Virus record (IMG/VR): IMGVR_UViG_3300028840_008185
Coordinates: 62,001-126,000 of that record
DNA: 64,000 nt
Direction: 5' to 3' (one strand)
A program made the position numbers and the translations under genes. Below, piece by piece: positions 8,895 through 17,249 of this stretch; positions within the stretch are counted from its first letter, which is position 1, and each line of letters opens with the position of its first letter. The notes below the pieces were generated by a model that was given only the letters and a program-made list of their open reading frames with translations, was not told the origin of the DNA and did not search any database.

Positions 8895-10261
8895 TCTTCC
8901 GGCTCCTTGTCCGCTGGTCCCTTATATATCGGAAATCTCAGAGCAAATACGCCGTCTTTCTCAGGCTGGCGAGAATCAAACTCGACCTTAATGGTCTGGT
9001 CAATCAGATCATCGCCTTCCTCGTAGAACTCTATGCGCTGAGGATCCGTGAAGCCACCACCACATTTACCACAATCAATCCACTCCCCAGTCTCAGGATG
9101 AACCTGCTTGATGTAGAATCCACCAAGTCTGCCCATATTCTTACCACTGCCTTCGTAGTAGCCAGTGATTACGAACTCATCTTCATACTTGGGCTTACGC
9201 TTCCATATACCATCCGGTCTCTGTGCCTTGCCGTCAAAACTATAGGCTTTATCACCATATACGGCATCGGCGTCTAGAGCAACAAAGCCTTCGGCTTTAA
9301 GCTCCTTGGCCAGCTCCAGATCGTCACCCGTGCTTGTCTCATAGATCTTGATTGGACCGATATGAAACTTCCGCAGGATCCCCTCACGCAACTTGCTCTC
9401 TCGGAGCTTTCTGCGGCGATCTGAGGCGAGTCCGGTGCTGAGTGCTAGTCTGTCATCTAATTTCTGGAAAATCTTCCTCAGGGCCGCCAGGCGGCTTCTC
9501 ACGGTCAGTCTTGATATGAGATCGGCTCCGCTATAGAAAGCGATGTCAAAAACGTAATAGGACACTTTCCCAAGAACTTCCTTATCCTTTTTGCCCTTGG
9601 GAAACTTTCCAAGTCCCTGATATGCCAAAGCTAAATCGGGATCAGAGCGACATATTCTTGAGGTTCCCAAGAAATCATCCGACCCATCGTCTTTCAATAG
9701 GGTCATTTCGCCAAGAAGAATTGTGTTGTTTGGAAGGTCTAAAAGCTCAACACTTTCAATAATATGTGGGAACTTCTCCGTCACCAGATCCATACGGCGG
9801 GAGTAAATCTCAACCTCGTCTTCCCGCTTCACAATGATGTGGCACATGCCATCGCGCTTGAGAGTCCAGATAGCCCTCCCATCTTCCTCAAGCTTGGCCA
9901 GTTTCTTATCTGAAATCTCCTTCTTCGGCTTGAAGAAACAGAGATGTTTTGGTAGAGGTTCATCAAAATCAATAGCCGTGGAAAGCTCTTCCACTGGTTC
10001 GCCGTCTATGTATTCAACATAGCCTTGCTCGCGCTTCTTCCTGATGTCTCTGCTAATGCAAAACTTTACATACTCTTCCGGCGTCTGATAATCGGAATGA
10101 CCTTCAACGCCGCAATCCCCAGGAGAATCGGAAGTCTCCTGCATGGCCCCATCCAACTGACCCCACTTAACGATGTAGGTTTCGGGGTCGTTGGGATCCA
10201 CACCAATAAACCACACTTGCGGGCGCTTATTGCGCCCTGTTGTCTTCCTGAACTCTCTCAT
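8873..10261 (-). CDS. lig: ATP-dependent DNA ligase with N-terminal WGR-like domain
   Basis: KRDG adenylation motif, LLGE, YYVFDI, EGFV, KRKP, OB fold (GSGKNMGRLGG...LRFP); N-terminal KWGQLDG...KKREQGY. Confidence 0.9.
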   Translation of the reverse strand: MREFRKTTGRNKRPQVWFIGVDPNDPETYIVKWGQLDGAMQETSDSPGDCGVEGHSDYQTPEEYVKFCISRDIRKKREQGYVEYIDGEPVEELSTAIDFDEPLPKHLCFFKPKKEISDKKLAKLEEDGRAIWTLKRDGMCHIIVKREDEVEIYSRRMDLVTEKFPHIIESVELLDLPNNTILLGEMTLLKDDGSDDFLGTSRICRSDPDLALAYQGLGKFPKGKKDKEVLGKVSYYVFDIAFYSGADLISRLTVRSRLAALRKIFQKLDDRLALSTGLASDRRRKLRESKLREGILRKFHIGPIKIYETSTGDDLELAKELKAEGFVALDADAVYGDKAYSFDGKAQRPDGIWKRKPKYEDEFVITGYYEGSGKNMGRLGGFYIKQVHPETGEWIDCGKCGGGFTDPQRIEFYEEGDDLIDQTIKVEFDSRQPEKDGVFALRFPIYKGPADKEPEECIAQYL

Positions 10262-10570
10262 CTCACTTTATCCTTGCGAAAAAAGCTCCTAAAGAACCAT
10301 CTATCAGTTTCGAGCCCGCCATCGCCAAGCACCCAATCTACATTTGCTTCAAGACTGGCCGGCAGGTTAAATCTAAGACCCAAATAGTAGCTCACGGGAG
10401 GCGCGTCTTTAATCTCCAATATTAATTCTCCTGGCTAATCGGTTGCGCATAAGCCAACGAAAATCACCACCCATGACTTTAATTCTGCCGCCCACAGGAA
10501 AAAGAAATGTAGGCACAAAAGAAAGAGGCACAATGATGTTCGTCCAGGTCAATCTGCGTTTAATTTCCAT
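10258..10570 (-). CDS. Two 53-aa MEIK microproteins (10409-10570; 10258-10419 with TTG start)
   Basis: Hand translation: MEIKRRLTW... and (M)EIKDAPP...; GGAG RBS before the TTG. Confidence 0.55.
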
Positions 10571-10821
10571 CATTCCAGTGCCTTAATTGAAAGTTCAGCC
10601 AAATTATCAAAGAGAAGAACAGAGCCAACGATGACAAAAGCCGCAAAAACCACCAAAATAATCATCCACATAACAAACTTTCTAGTGGCCTTCTTCTTGC
10701 TCTTTTTCATCAAGAGATCAAAGTCAGAAGTTATCTTCGCCCTTTTTCTTAACTCAGGTTCCACACCGACAACTTCCAATAAGAGATCAGCGGGCTCACG
10801 GTTTTTATCATCAAGGCTCAT
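10570..10821 (-). CDS. Single-TM hypothetical protein
   Basis: 83 aa, one hydrophobic helix. Confidence 0.6.
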   Translation of the reverse strand: MSLDDKNREPADLLLEVVGVEPELRKRAKITSDFDLLMKKSKKKATRKFVMWMIILVVFAAFVIVGSVLLFDNLAELSIKALE

Positions 10822-11111
10822 TTCTTCTTTCTCCTGTTGGCTTGTGCTCTCTGTCTTGCTTTTCTGCCGCGAGAACGACGCATCTTCTTAATAGCCTCAC
10901 GCCGCTCCCTCCTCTTTTTCTCGGAGGGCTTCTCTGCAAAGCGCCTGCGTTTGAGTTCAGCCAAAACGCCCTCATTAGACATCTTCTTTCTCAAAGCTCT
11001 AATCGCCCCTTCCAGATCTCCGTCCCTGACTTCCACCTCCAATGGCCTCACTCTGGGCTCTCTTTTCTCTTTCTTCTTCCAAGCTGGTCTTCTGTCGTCG
11101 CTCATTTTCAT
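10818..11111 (-). CDS. rpsU: Ribosomal protein bS21
   Basis: VEVRDGDLEGAIRALRKK...LKRRRFAEKPSEKKRR. Confidence 0.9.
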   Translation of the reverse strand: MKMSDDRRPAWKKKEKREPRVRPLEVEVRDGDLEGAIRALRKKMSNEGVLAELKRRRFAEKPSEKKRRERREAIKKMRRSRGRKARQRAQANRRKKK

Positions 11112-11409
11112 CTTTCCTTATTGATCTAATGGCCAACATAGCAATCAGGAAGCCAATTAAATCGCTAATAGTATCACCAACAATTTTATTTATGAATAAC
11201 TCGTTACCCGCATATGGGAAGTTGGGTATGTTTTGAACAACCCAATGTTCAAACACTTCCCACATGAAAGCAATTCCAACAGCACCCATCCAAGCATGAC
11301 GCCTGAATACAGAGTATAACATAACCGTGATGGCTATAAACCATACTACATGGTGCAGAGAATACGTATCGAATAAACTAGTCCCTGCTTTTCCCCAAAT
11401 TAGATCCAT
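10999..11409 (-). CDS. Small membrane protein
   Basis: 3 TM helices; HH, WEVFE and GD residues; overlaps rpsU. Confidence 0.55.
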   Translation of the reverse strand: MDLIWGKAGTSLFDTYSLHHVVWFIAITVMLYSVFRRHAWMGAVGIAFMWEVFEHWVVQNIPNFPYAGNELFINKIVGDTISDLIGFLIAMLAIRSIRKDENERRQKTSLEEEREKRAQSEAIGGGSQGRRSGRGD

Positions 11410-12727
11410 CTTGCATAGCTTTCTTAAATAACTCCTCTAAGCTCTTATCTGGGTGTACAGGAACCTGAGTCTCTTTCGGTTCCAAAGAAGCCAGATTGGA
11501 GTGCAGGTTAATGAGGGCAGCATTGCAATACTTACGAGAAACTTCTAAGTCCACAACGCTTTCCTCAATAATCTCGCCATCTTTTATATTACAGTCCAGA
11601 AGAGGCGTGAGGTTTTCTTCTGGTTCAACCGCTCCCTCTATTGCTAATAGATGTTTCCACTCACCATTTCGCTGATCCAAGAAGACTTGTTTGCGGCCAG
11701 GAAAGGTCTTCTTGCCTGCGGACAGTTTCATAAGTGGTCTATCATCTGTATCGTCATATACAACTTTATACACAGCCCCCAGAGAAGGAACATCTCTGGA
11801 AACAACAAGCTCAGTGCCCACAGCAAAAGTGTCGATAGGGGCACCACAACGGGCCAGGTTGTCTATGGCATATTCGTTGAGGTCATTAGACACAATAATC
11901 TTAGCTGACTGCTTGCCATTACTATCCAAAATTCCCCTAACTTTTTTGGACAATGTTTCCAGATTTCCAGAGTCCAGCCTTACTCCTTGTAGTAGCGGAA
12001 TTTGTGCGGCATAAACAGCGCCCATGTCCGTATCGTAGGTGTCAATTAGTAACACAGGGCTTCTATACACATCCTTAAAATCACTGAACGCTCTGGATTC
12101 ACTCTTAGAAACCATGACCCACATATGAGACATTGTTCCAGCAACAGGGATGCCGTATGTTCTGCCCGCCTCAACATTGGAGGTTGCCGCAAACCCAGCA
12201 AGATAGGCAGCTCGGGCTGCTCTAATAGCAGCTTCATGGTGGGTTCTTCTGGTGCCAAACTCTAAGACTGGTCGCCCACGGGCGGCGAGAACAATTCTCG
12301 CCGCCTTGGAGGCAACCTTAATATCATGGTTCAACACCGAAAGGGCAAAGGTTTCGGCCATATGAACTTCCGGCAGCGTTCCAGACACCCTTATAAGTGG
12401 CTCACCAGCAAAAGCAATCTCGCCTTCCGCCATCGCCCAGAAGTCACCCCTGAAGGAGAAATCTTCCAAGTATTTAGCGAAGTTAGACATAGAGAAAGCT
12501 GGCTTGAGAGCTTTAACTTCCCTGAGATACTTGATGTCGTCTGCCGTGAATCGCAGGCTGGTGAGGAAGTCTCTAATCTCCTCGGTCCCAGCCATCACGA
12601 GAAACCTTCTCTCTGGGGGCAACTTCCTCACAAAACCTTCACAAGTCACTTTCTTTTTGTGAAGACCTTTCACATAGTAAGCCGCCATCATTGTGAGCTG
12701 ATAAAGGTCAGTCTTTAAAGCGTCCAT
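11378..12727 (-). CDS. pncB: Nicotinate phosphoribosyltransferase
   Basis: TDLYQLTM, EFGTRRTH, TSNV, GTMSH (phospho-His), IDTYDT, VRLDSG, SNDLNE. Confidence 0.95.
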   Translation of the reverse strand: MDALKTDLYQLTMMAAYYVKGLHKKKVTCEGFVRKLPPERRFLVMAGTEEIRDFLTSLRFTADDIKYLREVKALKPAFSMSNFAKYLEDFSFRGDFWAMAEGEIAFAGEPLIRVSGTLPEVHMAETFALSVLNHDIKVASKAARIVLAARGRPVLEFGTRRTHHEAAIRAARAAYLAGFAATSNVEAGRTYGIPVAGTMSHMWVMVSKSESRAFSDFKDVYRSPVLLIDTYDTDMGAVYAAQIPLLQGVRLDSGNLETLSKKVRGILDSNGKQSAKIIVSNDLNEYAIDNLARCGAPIDTFAVGTELVVSRDVPSLGAVYKVVYDDTDDRPLMKLSAGKKTFPGRKQVFLDQRNGEWKHLLAIEGAVEPEENLTPLLDCNIKDGEIIEESVVDLEVSRKYCNAALINLHSNLASLEPKETQVPVHPDKSLEELFKKAMQDGSNLGKSRD

Positions 12728-12728
12728 A

Positions 12729-12857
12729 TTACCACCATATCTCCTGTTCTGGGAACAGAAATTTGCGTCCCCATCGATCATAGACCAAAACCCACTCGTC
12801 ATTATAATAAAATTCGTGGATATAAACCCTACCCAAAACAGGATTCCAGCCGGCCAT
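12729..12857 (-). CDS. 42-aa aromatic-rich microprotein
   Basis: Hand translation MAGWNPVLG...EIWW; exactly fills the gap between genes. Confidence 0.5.
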   Translation of the reverse strand: MAGWNPVLGRVYIHEFYYNDEWVLVYDRWGRKFLFPEQEIWW

Positions 12858-13315
12858 TAGAAATACCAGTTTGGCCAAGGCCCCATTTTTGCTTCATCCC
12901 ACTGATTAAACACGAGCCTCAACTCTCGTCTTGCGATCAGCATTTCCTGCATCAGGCGAAAATAAGCCCGTTTGCGCTTTTCGTATTCAGCATCGCTTCT
13001 TATAGGGCGAGGTTTATACTGTCCCTCTTCCTTTCCACGAGGCGGGCGCACCAGCCCGGAAGAAACTGAAACTGGCTCGGGGGTGATAATTCCCCTGTCG
13101 ATTAGTTCCTGTCGCTTTCTAGCGCTGGCTTCCTTAGTTGATAGAGCCACGGGATTTCCCTTTTTGATAAATAGCTCTGGGTTTTTGGACGGTCTAATCA
13201 TACCTACATAGATGAGGGCATTCCTTCTAGCAGCACACTCTTCGTCAGTAGCAACCGGCAACTCATCATGAACATCATTAGCATTAAGAATTTTACTCAT
13301 CTTTGTTTCTCCCAA
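12857..13315 (-). CDS. Hypothetical protein with internal repeat
   Basis: ECAARRNALIYVGMIRP / EASARKRQELIDRGIITP. Confidence 0.6.
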   Translation of the reverse strand: MGETKMSKILNANDVHDELPVATDEECAARRNALIYVGMIRPSKNPELFIKKGNPVALSTKEASARKRQELIDRGIITPEPVSVSSGLVRPPRGKEEGQYKPRPIRSDAEYEKRKRAYFRLMQEMLIARRELRLVFNQWDEAKMGPWPNWYF

Positions 13316-14184
13316 AATCGTTTGCGTTCGTCGGGAACTTTATTCAAATTCTCCTCAGTGTTTAGTTTAGTATTATATACATTATCTATGCTAAATTCAA
13401 CTCCGTGAGACCTGATGTCTTCACGGTCAATGGCCTTTCTAGCGTAGTTCATTATGATGGTTGCGGCACTTACATTAACCTGCATATTTTGGGGCGCCGA
13501 GAGCGCCCTGTCTGCACAAGAAAGCTCGGAGTTGAAACCATCTTCACTGTCTATGAGTTCTGGATAGTGATCCATAACACAGGGCAAACTGAATTCTCCA
13601 ACCGCATTACCACTAAAAGGGCCAGCCTTTATAATTCCATAGTGTCCTCTCCTAGTTGGCGCGTAGCCACAGACAACCTGCCCCGCCTTTTCTTCGTTTC
13701 CAGAATCAATCCAGAACTTAGCATGAAAGTCTTCAGTTGTAAACCACTCATGTATTACCCTACGAGAGGCGTTATTATCCACACAGCCTATCACCATATA
13801 GGCAGAATCACTCCCGATTGAGTAGTGATTCAGAGCATCATTTATATCCTCCACCTTCTCTAAATCATTGGGGATTGCTTTAATCTCCAAACCAAAAGCG
13901 GAAGAATATCTTTCCGCCATCACCATGGCCTTGTTCTTGGAGATGTCCTGCATAATAAAGTGCTGTCTTTTAAGATTCTTTTCCTCGACCATATCTCCAT
14001 CGGCCAGAATTAGATTTACAGTTCTGCGCTCACCAGAATCGTTTTTGACTTTTACATACCTAGCCAAATGGGGGATCAAGTGCCCACCAGTCCCGCCACA
14101 ACCAATAACAAGAATGGTTCTGACGGGCCTATAGCCGGCCAGAGAATAAACTTTCTGGAGTATCTTAATTTTCTTCGCAGCCAT
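13297..14184 (-). CDS. ThiF/E1 ubiquitin-activating-like enzyme (PRTRC ThiF type)
   Basis: IGCGGTGG, DGDMVEEKNLKRQ, CVDN, WIDSGN, catalytic-type LSCAD. Confidence 0.92.
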   Translation of the reverse strand: MAAKKIKILQKVYSLAGYRPVRTILVIGCGGTGGHLIPHLARYVKVKNDSGERRTVNLILADGDMVEEKNLKRQHFIMQDISKNKAMVMAERYSSAFGLEIKAIPNDLEKVEDINDALNHYSIGSDSAYMVIGCVDNNASRRVIHEWFTTEDFHAKFWIDSGNEEKAGQVVCGYAPTRRGHYGIIKAGPFSGNAVGEFSLPCVMDHYPELIDSEDGFNSELSCADRALSAPQNMQVNVSAATIIMNYARKAIDREDIRSHGVEFSIDNVYNTKLNTEENLNKVPDERKRFWEKQR

Positions 14185-14185
14185 T

Positions 14186-15226
14186 TTAGAACTTCTTTCC
14201 TCTATGATCAGTTGGCTCGGCTTCAACGCGCTGGCCACGCTCCACATACCACTGCTTCTCGCCATCCTTTACAAACCAGAGCTTATCATCCTCTCTGACA
14301 TAAAACCCCTCATCCTCATCATCGTCATCATCGTCATCGGGTAGATAATGCATGCTGTGGCCAAGATGCTCATCATCAAAGAGTTTAGCTACATCATCGA
14401 TTTCATCTATCTCTGCACCAGAACCAAACATCGAAATCTGTCTGCCGGGCCAACCGCCGCCGGGAAAAGTGTACGCTTGGTTGCCGCCCTTGCCCCTGGT
14501 TCTTTTGGTCTTCTTCGGCTTTTTCTTCTTTATTCTATCGACCCAATCGCTCGGGAAATTTTCGGCGTGATAAAGCTCATCGTCCATCTCGAACAAATCT
14601 TCAACATCTACTTCATACTCTCTACCACCTACCACCAAGCGCAACACCATGTCTGGGAAGAAATCAGTGATGCTTCCAATCACTCCATAGAAACGATCAG
14701 ACTTCTCATCTGCATCATCAACCATAGAGAATGAAGCGCCCATGTTACCGTGGCTATGAATCTCAAAGACAAGAATCTTTGAATCATATTCGGGGTCATT
14801 CTTGTAATTTACAGACGCCCCACTAACCACCTGCTTAGGGCAGTGAAGAATATATTTCTCTTCTTTTTGATCGTAGTAGAACTGTAAGAACACTTCGCTT
14901 GAGTGTTTCCTATAGATGCGACGGAAGAAGGCCACAGTAGTCCCCAAAAGATTGATGGGAATCTTTGGAACATTAAGCTCCCAACCACTAACCATGGTTT
15001 CATCCAGACCAGGGACGGCCACCTTGGCAATTCTCGAATCAAAAGTCCCAAGCCTATTAATCCTGCGCTCCCAAAGACCATCACCCTGAAGAACATATAT
15101 GATCTTCTTCTTGCAGTCTTCTGGGATGCTTTCTACGTAGTGGCCAACCATCATCTTCTGGAGAGCCAGTCTCTTGTCCTTGTCCACCTTTGGCTTCGGC
15201 TTCTTATAACTTCCCCACACGCTCAT
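14186..15226 (-). CDS. Prokaryotic JAB deubiquitinase-like protein (PRTRC A type) with acidic tail
   Basis: SSEVF; EIHSHGNMGASFSMVDDADE; poly-Asp tail. Confidence 0.85.
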   Translation of the reverse strand: MSVWGSYKKPKPKVDKDKRLALQKMMVGHYVESIPEDCKKKIIYVLQGDGLWERRINRLGTFDSRIAKVAVPGLDETMVSGWELNVPKIPINLLGTTVAFFRRIYRKHSSEVFLQFYYDQKEEKYILHCPKQVVSGASVNYKNDPEYDSKILVFEIHSHGNMGASFSMVDDADEKSDRFYGVIGSITDFFPDMVLRLVVGGREYEVDVEDLFEMDDELYHAENFPSDWVDRIKKKKPKKTKRTRGKGGNQAYTFPGGGWPGRQISMFGSGAEIDEIDDVAKLFDDEHLGHSMHYLPDDDDDDDEDEGFYVREDDKLWFVKDGEKQWYVERGQRVEAEPTDHRGKKF

Positions 15227-15918
15227 TAGCTACTCCCTTCAATAACTTGGGCCAACGTATAGCCCTTCTTGTACATTAAATCCTCAGGAAACTCTTCCAT
15301 ATTCTCTACATACTTAACCAAGCCCCACAAGTTGTCTACGGGGTCTTCTCCGGGGCCCACTGTCGGGTGGACAAAAGCGCCCTCATTAATCAAATCCCCA
15401 TTAAACCCAGAATCAAAGAACATAGCAAGGGCGCCGATCAGATCCATGGGTTTTGTGATGTTGCCCAAACGTGCATCACCCCAGCAAATTCTACCATCCT
15501 CATATACATTACCATATGGGAAACCATATAACGACTCTGACCAATTATTAAGTGGCGCAGCAAGGCAGAAAAGCCAAGTGTTAAAGGACCGGTTGTTTTT
15601 AATGTGCATCACAAACAAGCTTCTTGGAACTGGCAAAAACTTTCTAACGCCATCTTCAACATTGTCTATCTGTAATGGACGCTTCTTTGGAATCAATTCC
15701 ACACCTATGTAATAATCCGAGGGGCTTCCTTTATAGAACCTTGTCCCTCGCGGCAAAATGTCAGTAGATATGCGATGAGAACTTGCGAGTTGTGTTATTA
15801 AATCATCGACAGATATAGTCTTCTGACCCACTGTCCCATCAGGACCAATTAAACTAACCTGCACCTCCGAGGAGTTTGAAGATATTCTCGCAGTCAGGTC
15901 ATAACTTCCAGCATCCAT
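15226..15918 (-). CDS. Prokaryotic E2 family protein (PRTRC B type)
   Basis: LPVPRSLF; FPYGNVYEDGRICWG with catalytic Cys; FFDSGFNGDL. Confidence 0.8.
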   Translation of the reverse strand: MDAGSYDLTARISSNSSEVQVSLIGPDGTVGQKTISVDDLITQLASSHRISTDILPRGTRFYKGSPSDYYIGVELIPKKRPLQIDNVEDGVRKFLPVPRSLFVMHIKNNRSFNTWLFCLAAPLNNWSESLYGFPYGNVYEDGRICWGDARLGNITKPMDLIGALAMFFDSGFNGDLINEGAFVHPTVGPGEDPVDNLWGLVKYVENMEEFPEDLMYKKGYTLAQVIEGSS

Positions 15919-16745
15919 TAAGCTCCTCCTCCACCTCCAGCAGACCTATTTCCTCTGAATCTGCTAAGGGCTTGCTCAAATCTGTTCTGTGCATTCTCTC
16001 TTCTTCTATCAGCTTCCGCAGAGACCTGTGCGGCAACAGCCGCTCGTCTCTCCTCTTCTATTCTATTGGCTTCCGCTGCTTCTGCATCTCGGGCTGCTCT
16101 TTGCGCCGCCAACTCTCTGTCGGCCCTGTACCTTGCTTCCTCTGCTGCACGCCTTTGTTCTTCACGCTGCCTTCTTTGCTCAGCCTCTATTTCATCCCGT
16201 TTTGTCTGGAAAAAATCATAGAAGTCGCGCAACGATTGTATATTAGTGTCCCACAACTCTTTGAATTCAATACAATCTAGCGCACACTCATAAAACTTCT
16301 CGCTGGGTCTGTATCCACCCATTGTGTTGGATCGGTTAATAGCACATACCTTTATTTCATATGGAAGATAAGGAGCTACATAAGAGGTTCCAGTTGCGAG
16401 CTGATTATATTTCTCAACCGCATTTGCTCCCATATCTCCACATGCTTGCCTTAGGCGAGTGTCATACGTCAGGGTATTGATTGTATTGAGCATTTGCCTA
16501 TCATCGCGCGAAATATTTACGCGGAGACTCTCATATTGAGTCTGGACTTTGGAACCGACAAACAGGTGTTTTTCTAAGAGAGATTTTAAAAGCCTTCTTC
16601 CAGCAGCGGTGGCCGTATTGTCGCCATCATATTCCGTGGGCATTTTTCTTTTACGCTTTGCTACACCCAAAGAACGACACAACCTAAAAAGGCGCAGAAA
16701 ATCTATCTGCATGTATTGCTGTCTAAACGAAAACATATCCCTCAC
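15918..16745 (-). CDS. Hypothetical protein with long charged coiled coil (PRTRC F position)
   Basis: 275 aa; Glu/Arg/Ala-rich helix; synteny only. Confidence 0.55.
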   Translation of the reverse strand: MRDMFSFRQQYMQIDFLRLFRLCRSLGVAKRKRKMPTEYDGDNTATAAGRRLLKSLLEKHLFVGSKVQTQYESLRVNISRDDRQMLNTINTLTYDTRLRQACGDMGANAVEKYNQLATGTSYVAPYLPYEIKVCAINRSNTMGGYRPSEKFYECALDCIEFKELWDTNIQSLRDFYDFFQTKRDEIEAEQRRQREEQRRAAEEARYRADRELAAQRAARDAEAAEANRIEEERRAAVAAQVSAEADRRRENAQNRFEQALSRFRGNRSAGGGGGA

Positions 16746-16748
16746 GCC

Positions 16749-17003
16749 TTAAATAAAGTTAATCTTAGTTGCCCTAACCGCTGGCAAGTTCAAAATTATT
16801 TGCTTGATATTAACGGCTTGCGGAATCTGCGCAGCCATCCTATCAAGCTCATCCTCTAAAGCTTGGAGTTCTGCGTCAGTTGCAAAGTCATCATCAAAGC
16901 TCATGGGCGTTTTAATGGCCATGAGTTTATCAAGCAGCTCTTTACAATCCGCATTAAACTCTCTTAGCTCATCACAATTATCAAATATCTGTTTTGGATT
17001 CAT
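16749..17003 (-). CDS. Small acidic hypothetical protein in Ubl cassette
   Basis: 84 aa coupled ORF. Confidence 0.6.
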   Translation of the reverse strand: MNPKQIFDNCDELREFNADCKELLDKLMAIKTPMSFDDDFATDAELQALEDELDRMAAQIPQAVNIKQIILNLPAVRATKINFI

Positions 17004-17019
17004 ATTGAAACCTCGTAGT

Positions 17020-17049
17020 GGCCCGCCTGGGAGCGACCCCAGGCGGGCC
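17020..17049. other. 12-bp GC hairpin directly after the Ubl gene
   Basis: ggcccgcctggg-N6-cccaggcgggcc; no U-tail on the coding strand. Confidence 0.8.
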
Positions 17050-17055
17050 TAGTTT

Positions 17056-17238
17056 TTACCCCTTGGAACCAGCACGAAGTGCAAAGGTGTAGCTGCCGTC
17101 GGGATTCTCGACAACTTCCGCATTGGCGATGGCCGCGTGGCAGTCTTCCCAAACAGCCCTAACCTCATCAACACTCATATCAGCAGGAGCCTTGATCTCT
17201 TCATCCATGAAACGGTAAATAGTGAATTCTTCAGACAT
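17056..17238 (-). CDS. Ubiquitin-like protein (PRTRC C type)
   Basis: 60 aa, predicted beta-grasp pattern, C-terminal RAGSKG; AGGAGG RBS; synteny with E2/JAB/E1. Confidence 0.8.
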   Translation of the reverse strand: MSEEFTIYRFMDEEIKAPADMSVDEVRAVWEDCHAAIANAEVVENPDGSYTFALRAGSKG

Positions 17239-17249
17239 TTCTTCCTCCT

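Noticed and set aside
11378-12727. Assignment as Nampt (NARP2) or presence of NARP1
   Set aside because: Motifs are PncB-type (TDLYQ, EFGTRR); no Adps/PRPP-synthetase-like gene is seen in the window.
12801-12806. TATAAT upstream of pncB as a promoter
   Set aside because: It lies inside the 42-aa ORF and has no -35 match.
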